A stretch of 35,343 nt of DNA from a virus (lineage: Duplodnaviria > Caudoviricetes), in the IMG/VR virus record IMGVR_UViG_3300030118_003426, positions 1-35,343 of that record; one strand, 5' to 3'. This document shows, one piece after another, positions 16,949 through 25,095 of the stretch; the stretch's first letter is position 1; every line of letters starts with the position of its first letter. Both the position numbers and the translations under genes were made by a program. The notes beneath the pieces were generated by a model that saw only the letters and a program-made list of their open reading frames with translations, was not told the DNA's origin and did not search any database.

Positions 16949-19506
16949 TGGATTGCTCCCAATAATCCTTCACCTGCAATTTCTCCATCAGGGTCTTGTT
17001 GTTGAGCTAAAGCTTTTCTTTTTTGTTCATCTCGGAATGCAAATGACTTCTCCACAGTAGGCATCATTTTAAATGAAATCATATCAACTTCTTGTCCTCC
17101 AGTTCTTATAAATCTTTGGAAAGACGAGCTAAAATTCTTTTCTAAAATTTCTTTTTGAACCTTCATTTGTTCTCTAATTTCAACTAATCGTTTAAATGTA
17201 TCTTTAAGACTTGTTTGACCCGCTGCATCCTGAATGTCTGCTTGAGTTAATCTGTCTTCTGCTTTCAAAGCGTTTGCAATTAAATATTTTAACTTATGTT
17301 GATAAACACTAAGTCTGGCAATCAATCTTCTTTTTTCAGCCCCTGTTGAAAATTCATCGTCTTTCAAAGCACCAAATTTAGTACCACCAAAAACTTCTTT
17401 TGAAAGAGTGTTCATTCTTTCTGGAGAAAAAACATTAGCTTTATCTTTTGCGTACATTTCATTGAATTGTTTTAAACTTATTGCATCCGAGTCTTTTACT
17501 GCATCCTCTGTTGCAAATCCTTTGTTATCGTCTCCTGCTCTGGAAGAAGTTATAAATTGTTTTACATCACCTAAATCATTACCGGCGATAATATCTTCGT
17601 ATGTGCCTTCAGATTTACGGCCACCAAAATCAATACCCACAGTTGTAAGAACACCTTTACCAAAATTAAGTAACTTGTTGAAATTTTCAAAAATAGCACC
17701 ACCTGATCCAAAAACGCTTTCTGGGTCAATACCACTAGCTTTAATTTCAGCTTCCATTTTTTGAATGTCATCTATTAACGTCCAACCATCTCTGTTAAAA
17801 GTCATTGATGTAAATGCTTTAGCTGAGGCTCCTGGATCATTTTGAACAAGAGCATAATCTGATCCCCTTGTTCCACCAAGAGCAGGGAACAATTCTTTGA
17901 GCTCACCTGGTTCGTAGAACGCAATTTGACCATTTTGATCTTTGTATTGAACTCTTAAGATACCATCTTCACCTATCGCAGCAGGTAATGTTTTTATGTT
18001 GTCTATACCCGTTGGGTCTTGAAAATAAATTTGCGTTAATTCTTTTTGTTTGCCTCGTTTAGCACCTGCTTCCATCAAAGCGACTTGGTAGTCTAATAAG
18101 TCTTTTTGTCGGTTGTAAATAAAATCTCTTTCAGACTCTTCCATCTCTAAACCCTTTGAAGCCATCAGTTGAATAAGATTTCTTTTTTCAATGTCTAAAG
18201 CTTTGCCCTCTAATCTTTGTTGCTCTTCAAAATTTCTTTCGTAGTCTATGAAATTTGCTGCTAAACTTTTACGCAAGGCCATATCTTGTTGATTAAGTGC
18301 AAAAGCAGTCTCAAAGACTTCTCCACCTGCTTGGTTTAAAGATTCAAGAAATCCAGCATATCCACCTCGTGTTGTTTTTGCATTTGCTAAACCACTACCT
18401 AATTGCCATAGTAGATAGTAACCTCTTTTGTCATTATCAGCCCCACTATACTCTTTAAATTTATTCATATACTCATCAAATGTTTCTTTTTCTCTATCTT
18501 TTAGTTTACCTCTTGCTGTTTCTATTTCTTCAAATGATTTTGCAAAGGCTCTATTTAGACGACTTTGAATATCAGATGAGGCCATTGGCGACAATTGTTG
18601 ATCGTTTTCTTGTAAATAATTTAAAAGATAATTTGTGCTGTCTAATTTTCTCTTACCTTCAGCGTTACCTTTATCACTGACAGTCAAATTATTATCATTA
18701 TTTGTTATTTGATTTTCCTCAAACTGTCTTTTCACCATATCTTTTTTAGCCAAAGCTGAAAATGTTTCTGGTTTTGGTCCACCTCCACCTACCTCAAAGC
18801 CTGCATCGGTAGCTCCTTGTGTCTGTGGTAGACCAACATCTACTTCTTCTATGTTTAAAAGGTCCTCTTTAACATCAAAATCTTTTTTCTTTTTTGATTC
18901 TTGCAAAGCCTTTATTGTTTCTTTATCTTTATCACCTAATTTTTGATCTTTTAATGGTTGAGGATCACCTAAAACTTTGTCAGCTGCAAAACCTGCCCCA
19001 CCAAGACCTAATGCACCACCAAAAGCAGTTTTTGGTTTGTCTTCACTAAACTTGACGACACGACCTAAACCAGGCAAACCTTTTAATTTTTGTTGACCAG
19101 CTTCAAGTATTCCTTTTTGATCTGCCCTTGCCTGTGCTTGTTGTCCTTTTCTTGATTTTGGCACTCTTCTAAACGCATCTCTAACACCTTTTAAACCTGG
19201 AAAAAATCTACCTAATCCTAATAAACCAAAACCAGCACCTAAACCCATTTCACCATAGTTGCCTTCTTCGGCTCCACTTGCAAGCATTTGTGCACCAACA
19301 GGTGCTTCTGAGGCTTCTAATGCTCCTATAGCACCTTTACCTAATCGTGATCCTCTAAATGCGCTGTACCCCCGTAAAGCTAATGGACCAGCAGCTTTAG
19401 CCGCATTTATTAACAAACCTAAGAATGCTCCTTCTGGTTGTATGTGACCCGCTCGTAAAGCTTTTTGTCTAAACATTTTTCTATGTAAAACTTTATTATC
19501 TGACAT
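16945..19506 (-). CDS. Internal virion / DNA-ejection protein (853 aa)
   Basis: Gly-rich amphipathic N-terminal region, coiled coils and synteny. Confidence 0.7.
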   Translation of the reverse strand: MSDNKVLHRKMFRQKALRAGHIQPEGAFLGLLINAAKAAGPLALRGYSAFRGSRLGKGAIGALEASEAPVGAQMLASGAEEGNYGEMGLGAGFGLLGLGRFFPGLKGVRDAFRRVPKSRKGQQAQARADQKGILEAGQQKLKGLPGLGRVVKFSEDKPKTAFGGALGLGGAGFAADKVLGDPQPLKDQKLGDKDKETIKALQESKKKKDFDVKEDLLNIEEVDVGLPQTQGATDAGFEVGGGGPKPETFSALAKKDMVKRQFEENQITNNDNNLTVSDKGNAEGKRKLDSTNYLLNYLQENDQQLSPMASSDIQSRLNRAFAKSFEEIETARGKLKDREKETFDEYMNKFKEYSGADNDKRGYYLLWQLGSGLANAKTTRGGYAGFLESLNQAGGEVFETAFALNQQDMALRKSLAANFIDYERNFEEQQRLEGKALDIEKRNLIQLMASKGLEMEESERDFIYNRQKDLLDYQVALMEAGAKRGKQKELTQIYFQDPTGIDNIKTLPAAIGEDGILRVQYKDQNGQIAFYEPGELKELFPALGGTRGSDYALVQNDPGASAKAFTSMTFNRDGWTLIDDIQKMEAEIKASGIDPESVFGSGGAIFENFNKLLNFGKGVLTTVGIDFGGRKSEGTYEDIIAGNDLGDVKQFITSSRAGDDNKGFATEDAVKDSDAISLKQFNEMYAKDKANVFSPERMNTLSKEVFGGTKFGALKDDEFSTGAEKRRLIARLSVYQHKLKYLIANALKAEDRLTQADIQDAAGQTSLKDTFKRLVEIREQMKVQKEILEKNFSSSFQRFIRTGGQEVDMISFKMMPTVEKSFAFRDEQKRKALAQQQDPDGEIAGEGLLGAIQ

Positions 19507-20603
19507 TATCGTGTTCCTGGTGGTTTGCTACCACCAATACCTGTTCCACCAAATATATTGTAAGCAGCGTATGCTTGTAATCCAGCACCTGCCGCTTGTG
19601 CAAATGGATTAACACCTGGTCCTGTACCGGCTGTAACTTGTGATGCAGCTGTTGGTAAGGCTGTCATTATACCTTTTTGAAATTCTATTCTTTGAAATGG
19701 TTCATAAGCTCTAGCAACTTCTGTTTGCCTTTCACCTGCAAGAGCTTGTTGTGCAATATCTCTTTGTGCTTGTCCTGCAGTAAGTTGAGCTTGAGCATCT
19801 GTTAAAGCCATTTGCTGTTGTTGTGCACCCATATTTGCTAACTGTGCACCTGTTGCTTGTTGTGCTTGTGTTTGAAATGCTTGTTGTCTTTGTGCTGCAC
19901 CTAATGCAGTGTTAAAACCTTGAGCTTGAGCTTGACCAATTTGTGATAGACGAGCTCTTTCTTGTTCGCCTCTTTGCACACCTTCTCGTCCACCACCAAA
20001 AGCACCTGAAGCAACAGCTTCAGCTGACAGTTTGTTTTGAGCCATCTCTGATTGTCTGTTTATCTCATCAATAACAAATCTTTGATAAGGGTTCATAAAT
20101 GCATTTATGTCAGGAGCTGACATTGCCGTTTGTTGAGCTCCAATAGTAGATAAGATACCTGTACTTAAAGCTTCTCTACCTGCACCCCTACTATCTTCAA
20201 TACTTTGAAATGCTTGTTGTTGTAAGGGCGAAGGTCCGGCAACCTCGTACCTTGGAACTGCAATAGGTTGTCTTGATAACTCTACTGCCTCATCAAAGAG
20301 AGCAAGTTTTCTTGATTCAATTTCAGGAGCTTCTCTTGATATAGTCGTTTGTTTTTCAGGAGCTGATGGTGCTGGAGCAGGAGCAGGACCCCCACCTCCG
20401 CCTCCACCAAAGAAGCCAGGAAGATTTGTAACAGGATTTTTTTTACCTGCACCACCTACACTCTTTAATAAAGCAACTTCGTACTTATTAATATGTGCTA
20501 GTTCTGTGTCTTCTTTTTCACCTTTACTAGCAATATCGCTATATAATAATTTATACAACCATATCTTAAACTGTATGGGTAGTAGTCTAAGTAGCCATTT
20601 CAT
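19506..20603 (-). CDS. DNA transfer/pilot-like internal virion protein (365 aa)
   Basis: Gln/Ala-rich body with FMNPY and GAFGGGR motifs, a poly-Gly linker, and an N-terminal EDTELAHIN...NPVTNLP domain. Confidence 0.75.
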   Translation of the reverse strand: MKWLLRLLPIQFKIWLYKLLYSDIASKGEKEDTELAHINKYEVALLKSVGGAGKKNPVTNLPGFFGGGGGGGPAPAPAPSAPEKQTTISREAPEIESRKLALFDEAVELSRQPIAVPRYEVAGPSPLQQQAFQSIEDSRGAGREALSTGILSTIGAQQTAMSAPDINAFMNPYQRFVIDEINRQSEMAQNKLSAEAVASGAFGGGREGVQRGEQERARLSQIGQAQAQGFNTALGAAQRQQAFQTQAQQATGAQLANMGAQQQQMALTDAQAQLTAGQAQRDIAQQALAGERQTEVARAYEPFQRIEFQKGIMTALPTAASQVTAGTGPGVNPFAQAAGAGLQAYAAYNIFGGTGIGGSKPPGTR

Positions 20604-21006
20604 AAAAAAACCCTGTCTTCCTAAATTGTAAATTGTTATCTGTTATTACTTTGTCCCAACCTTTTCTACCCACAATCTCTAAATCTTCACAATTGTTTTT
20701 TTTTGCAAAATTTATAAAAAAATTTTCTATCTTTTTTACGTTCTCAATGACTTTACTGCCACCACAAAAAAGTATACCCAAAACAATTTTAGCTGGGTAA
20801 TAAACTTTTTGCACAACATAAACTGCACATAATTTATTTTGTTCTTCAATGAGAAACATTGTCATTGTTCCTTTTTTTAATAATTCGTATGTTGTGTTAA
20901 GAGTGTGTCTACCATTAGATTGTTTTACTACTTTTAAAATCCAATTTTTAACTTTATCCCAATACACATCAATACTCTCTTTATTAACTTGCTTTATCTG
21001 TACCAT
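20587..21006 (-). CDS. GNAT-fold-like virion morphogenesis protein (T7 gp13-like position)
   Basis: 139 aa alpha/beta pattern, FAKKNNC...GRKGWDKV motif, located among ejection genes. Confidence 0.6.
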   Translation of the reverse strand: MVQIKQVNKESIDVYWDKVKNWILKVVKQSNGRHTLNTTYELLKKGTMTMFLIEEQNKLCAVYVVQKVYYPAKIVLGILFCGGSKVIENVKKIENFFINFAKKNNCEDLEIVGRKGWDKVITDNNLQFRKTGFFYEMAT

Positions 21007-22054
21007 TTACAATATCGTATATTCTTTTCAATTGAGCCTGTTGAGTGTAGAAAAATTTAGCCCCCTTCATTCTCATTTCTTTAAAATCTTCTGGACTAGC
21101 ACCTTGCATAATACCTGCTCCTAGAATAGCATCTGCTCGTGAAACAAATTCACCATCAGCTAATTGTGCTAGCATAGTGTCTTCATCTTTATTACCATTA
21201 CCAGAACCATCTTCAACATAGCCGTGTGCCCTTACATAGTTTGTAGAATCTTTTTCATCGTGATCTGTCTTACTTGGTAAATAGTTAATACCACCTTTTA
21301 AAAATTTTCTAACTGAAGCCAAACCACCAGTCTTTGCGTAAATAGGATTAATAGGTTCATAAACACTTTGTGTTCTTGGTCTCTCAAAAGAGTAATCAGC
21401 TCTTCGCGACATTCCTTCCATAGCTGCATCTTGTCTTGCTTTTGCTGCAGAATAATCTTCTTCAGTATAAGGCATCTGCTGTGTAAGTGGTACTTGTGGC
21501 TCTTGGTTCATATTACTTAACAAAGTAGCACCACCAATACCAAGACCAATTTTCTCAGCTGTTGACAAGTTACCAATAAAATCACCTGCTTGACTTAATA
21601 ATCCTTGACTTGCTGCTGGTGCCGCAGCTGTCATTGCTGGTGCTGCAGCTTGCATTGCTAATTGTGTGCCTGCATTTCCTGCAATTCCTGCACCCCCAAG
21701 TGCACCTGCTTGTCCAAATTGTTGCATCGCTGCCATTCTTGCAGCAGATCCAGCCGGAGCTACAGTGCTCATTACTGAGGATGTTGCTGCTGGTGCTGCC
21801 CCTAATTGTGCTGCTCCTGTTGCTAACTCAGTTGCTGCAGGTGTCCCTCCTGCTAAAGCTGCACTTCCTGATTTACCTGCAACTGTGCTTGCCGCAGCTG
21901 TCCCAGATAAAGAACCTAATGCTGCCATACCACCAAATGTTCCTAGACCAGCTAGTAATGCTGTTTTTGTTGAAGCACCTGCAAGTTTTGCGATTCCAAA
22001 TGCTGCTGTCCCTATAAGTCCTGCTCCGACAAGTGCAGGTAAACCGAATATCAT
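20984..22054 (-). CDS. Internal virion protein, Ala/Gly-rich, with C-terminal xxGG...DGEFV domain
   Basis: Hydrophobic N-terminus; YAKTGG, FLKGG and EDTMLAQLADGEFV; GAAGGAG SD. Confidence 0.75.
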   Translation of the reverse strand: MIFGLPALVGAGLIGTAAFGIAKLAGASTKTALLAGLGTFGGMAALGSLSGTAAASTVAGKSGSAALAGGTPAATELATGAAQLGAAPAATSSVMSTVAPAGSAARMAAMQQFGQAGALGGAGIAGNAGTQLAMQAAAPAMTAAAPAASQGLLSQAGDFIGNLSTAEKIGLGIGGATLLSNMNQEPQVPLTQQMPYTEEDYSAAKARQDAAMEGMSRRADYSFERPRTQSVYEPINPIYAKTGGLASVRKFLKGGINYLPSKTDHDEKDSTNYVRAHGYVEDGSGNGNKDEDTMLAQLADGEFVSRADAILGAGIMQGASPEDFKEMRMKGAKFFYTQQAQLKRIYDIVNGTDKAS

Positions 22055-22077
22055 AAAAACTCCTTCTATAAAGCTAT

Positions 22078-22106
22078 ATTCTACTCTGAATCACAGGGTT
22101 TATCAA
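22078..22106 (-). promoter_or_regulatory. Sigma70 promoter for the ejection-protein operon
   Basis: TTGATA, 17 nt, TAGAAT. The TAG of the -10 is the stop codon of the upstream glycosyltransferase. Confidence 0.65.
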
Positions 22107-22908
22107 CCTCTTGCTTTATCATCTCATCATATAATCGACCTGTGTACTGAAATTCTCCAACGTGTGTTATATAATCCATAATATAAGCATACAGTTTACC
22201 ACCAATATTCTTCCATAATCTGCAGAAAGCAAAGTCTTCTCCAAAATATCTTTTTGTTTCTGGATCATAATATGTATCAAAATAAGCATAAAGGTGTGGT
22301 CTGTCTCTAAACTTACCATCAATCACAGTTTTTTGTTTTATATCCATATTAGGATAAGCTTTGTGTAGTTTATCAAAAACATTTCTCTTTATAAGCATAC
22401 AACCTGTTGGTGCGTGTGTTACCTCAACAACACCATCTTTAAAATCTATATCGTGGTCATCGTCTTTTAACAGTATCGGATATTGATTAATGTGTAACTG
22501 ACAATCTTGTGGTTTTTTTATAAAACCTGCATCGTATTTCTTTACAAGAGTTTCCCATTTAGGTGACTTGATAGGGTAAGGTTGTGAAATAATTTCTTTG
22601 TCCTTATCCAACATTTTAAAAATACTCTCGACATCAAAGGCTATATCTGAATCAACAAAAAGAAGATGTGTGTAGTCACTTTGTAAAAAACCACTAACAC
22701 ATAAATTTCTGCCTTGCGTCACAAGAGAAGATTTCATCAACTGAAACATTACTCGTATGTTTCTTCGTATACATTCTTTTTGTAACTCAAGCATAGTTTG
22801 AGCATAATGGATAGATACATCACTATGCACAGGGGTAGCAACAAATAAACCTATAGACTTTTTCTTTTCTTGATTTTTATTAATCCAAATTGGTTCATTA
22901 TTTTGCAT
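22081..22908 (-). CDS. Glycosyltransferase, GT-A fold (GT2-like)
   Basis: THLLFVDSD (DxD), TGCMLIKRNVF, GEDFAFC. Confidence 0.85.
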   Translation of the reverse strand: MQNNEPIWINKNQEKKKSIGLFVATPVHSDVSIHYAQTMLELQKECIRRNIRVMFQLMKSSLVTQGRNLCVSGFLQSDYTHLLFVDSDIAFDVESIFKMLDKDKEIISQPYPIKSPKWETLVKKYDAGFIKKPQDCQLHINQYPILLKDDDHDIDFKDGVVEVTHAPTGCMLIKRNVFDKLHKAYPNMDIKQKTVIDGKFRDRPHLYAYFDTYYDPETKRYFGEDFAFCRLWKNIGGKLYAYIMDYITHVGEFQYTGRLYDEMIKQEVDKPCDSE

Positions 22909-23836
22909 TCAACACACCTGTAAGAAAATTATTCCATTCAAATGCTTTTTTCTCCCAACTGTAAAATCTTTTGACGAAGTTTTGTTGCATTAATAAATGT
23001 TCGTTGATCATAGGTTCGTGAAGCGTGTCTCGTGCTACTTTGATAGCTTCAGCGAATTGATAAGAAAGATTTTTATAATTGGTTTCATAGTTAATATATA
23101 TTGGAAACTCTGATCCTGTTTCATAAACTGCACCATAGTTAGTTACTACACAATATAAACCAGCAGCCATAGATTCTAAAAGAGATATACAAGATGTCTC
23201 TTCCCATATACTTGGATAAACATATAAGTTATAGTATGGTAGTTTGTCTAATATAAAATTATTTGGTCTGTAGCCTATATAATTAACATTTTTAAGTTTC
23301 CGTGCTTGGTCATAAAGAACCTCATAATTGTGGTCGTTTGCCTTTTTAAAATCATCACCATAGACCTCGCAACTAGAATATACATCCAATTCTATATTCT
23401 CGTCTTCTAAGTATTGCATAGCACCTAACAAAACATTAAGACCTCGCCAGGGTGTGTTATGGTGAATTATCCTAAGTCGATCACCCTTGTTAAAAGGTTT
23501 GTGTTTAGGAAAACTTGTAATACCATTTTTTATGACGTGGCATCTTTCTGTAGGTATACCAAATGCTTTTCTATATTGCTCGTAATTCCAATGTGAATTA
23601 AAAACATACCAATCATATTTTGTATGGTTTTGTTTATCCATAAACCAAGGTTTGATGTTTGGTTGATTAGGGGCATTTTTTTGCCACAAGATATTTACTT
23701 TATCTTTAGACAGAAGTTTTTTTTCAGGAACTGATAAACAAATTTCAACACTATCTAATAAATCCTTCTGAACATACTTGCGCAAAAAAGAATTTTGTAA
23801 CTCTGTACCTCCGTTAGGATTCATTTGTTTCGCCAA
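22898..23836 (-). CDS. Glycosyltransferase, GT-B fold (GT4-like)
   Basis: N-terminal GGTE, PWRGL, YPSIWEETSCISLLESMAAG (Ex7E). Confidence 0.9.
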   Translation of the reverse strand: MAKQMNPNGGTELQNSFLRKYVQKDLLDSVEICLSVPEKKLLSKDKVNILWQKNAPNQPNIKPWFMDKQNHTKYDWYVFNSHWNYEQYRKAFGIPTERCHVIKNGITSFPKHKPFNKGDRLRIIHHNTPWRGLNVLLGAMQYLEDENIELDVYSSCEVYGDDFKKANDHNYEVLYDQARKLKNVNYIGYRPNNFILDKLPYYNLYVYPSIWEETSCISLLESMAAGLYCVVTNYGAVYETGSEFPIYINYETNYKNLSYQFAEAIKVARDTLHEPMINEHLLMQQNFVKRFYSWEKKAFEWNNFLTGVLNAK

Positions 23837-24005
23837 ATATCTCTAGTGAGGGAACAAAGACTTCCACGTCTCTTCTGATGTCGTCCTCAGTTGTGGGTGA
23901 CAGTTGGTCAGCTACATCAAACTGTGCTTCTTCTTCAGAACCATAGACCTTACCTGTTACTTTATTAGAGATTTTTGTTTTTGTTTCGCATTTTATTGTC
24001 TTCAC
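23814..24005 (-). CDS. Small hypothetical protein
   Basis: 63 aa ORF with a GTG start 6 nt after a -10 box. Confidence 0.7.
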   Translation of the reverse strand: MKTIKCETKTKISNKVTGKVYGSEEEAQFDVADQLSPTTEDDIRRDVEVFVPSLEIFGETNES

Positions 24006-24011
24006 AACAAT

Positions 24012-24040
24012 AATCTACAAAATACTTTAGTCTAAATCAA
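24012..24040 (-). promoter_or_regulatory. Sigma70 promoter upstream of the glycosyltransferase pair (leaderless)
   Basis: TTGATT, 17 nt, TAGATT. Confidence 0.6.
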
Positions 24041-24375
24041 CCATTTTCTTGCGAGCGGTCAATCTGTGCATATGATATACAACCTGTAATTACATTGCCA
24101 GAACTTGCTTGAAGCTTTAGAATATCACTTGCTTCAAGATTAAGACTTGCATCTATAAGATTTGCAGACGCTTTATTTAATTGTTTGTGTGCAATTTCTA
24201 TGTCAGCCGAACCATCAGACTTTCTCAAAAATAAATCTACATCTACATTACTTGCAGTCTTATGATTAGCCTGCACTAACTTAACAATTATTGTTGCATC
24301 AGCAGGGCAAGTCAAAATGTTTGTAACATCTGTGTTGGTTAAATCAAATGTTTCGCTTTTGTATCGTATTGTCAT
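24037..24375 (-). CDS. Putative small virion structural protein (beta-rich, 112 aa)
   Basis: Located in the tail module; LNLEASDILKLQAS beta pattern. Confidence 0.7.
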   Translation of the reverse strand: MTIRYKSETFDLTNTDVTNILTCPADATIIVKLVQANHKTASNVDVDLFLRKSDGSADIEIAHKQLNKASANLIDASLNLEASDILKLQASSGNVITGCISYAQIDRSQENG

Positions 24376-24536
24376 TGCATAAAATAATTAAAAGCATCTT
24401 GCTCGTTTTTAATATCATTTTGAAAAGATGTATTCAGTTGTGTTACCAAAGTATCAATACCATACTTTGTTTGTCTTTGATTATCAACAACATATTTTTC
24501 GTTCGGTTCAGGTATTAGTATGTTAATCTTTGCCAT
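24372..24536 (-). CDS. Small tail-associated protein (54 aa)
   Basis: Not in the ORF track. MAKINILIPEPNEKYVVDNQRQTKYGIDTLVTQLNTSFQNDIKNEQDAFNYFMQ fills the gap and has an ATGA overlap with the next gene. Confidence 0.75.
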   Translation of the reverse strand: MAKINILIPEPNEKYVVDNQRQTKYGIDTLVTQLNTSFQNDIKNEQDAFNYFMQ

Positions 24537-25095
24537 CTTTTAATCCTATCTTTGGTGCTCCCTTTGTTTCTCCAGAGACCTTGTCATATGCATTAAATGA
24601 TATCACAATTCTCTCAGTATTGTTAGTGTGTTTCTCAACAAAATGTGCAGTGTAACTTGGAAATAATATCATTGTGTTTGGTTCAGCGTTTTGATAAAGG
24701 TAAGTAAATTTTGGACTATTAGGTATATTACCTGCATATGGGTGTAAAAAAAATGTAGGAGAGTCAGTCACTTCAACATAGATTATTCCACTGTATACAG
24801 AATTACAATGTGTGTGTATTCCGTGAGATTGGTTTTTAATATACTTTTGACCCCAGCTGTTACCTAATACACAATCAATTTCATCTAAATAACCCTCAAC
24901 CTGTTTTTTAAGATTGCTCATTAGAGGCATATTTAAAATATACTGAAGAGTGTATGAAGTAACTGGAGCTACTTTGTTTGGATCAAAAAGAGGTGTAAGA
25001 GTATCCATAAAAACTCTTAACTGTTCTTTTTCTCGTGGTAATATTTTTATTTTTGTTTTGTAAAAATAATCACCAAAAGGATTAAATTTCTTCAT
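24523..25095 (-). CDS. Putative 2OG-Fe(II) oxygenase (TIGR02466-like, HxH type)
   Basis: HGIHTH...YSGIIYV...ILFPSYTAHFV...RIVISFN. Confidence 0.85.
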   Translation of the reverse strand: MKKFNPFGDYFYKTKIKILPREKEQLRVFMDTLTPLFDPNKVAPVTSYTLQYILNMPLMSNLKKQVEGYLDEIDCVLGNSWGQKYIKNQSHGIHTHCNSVYSGIIYVEVTDSPTFFLHPYAGNIPNSPKFTYLYQNAEPNTMILFPSYTAHFVEKHTNNTERIVISFNAYDKVSGETKGAPKIGLKDGKD

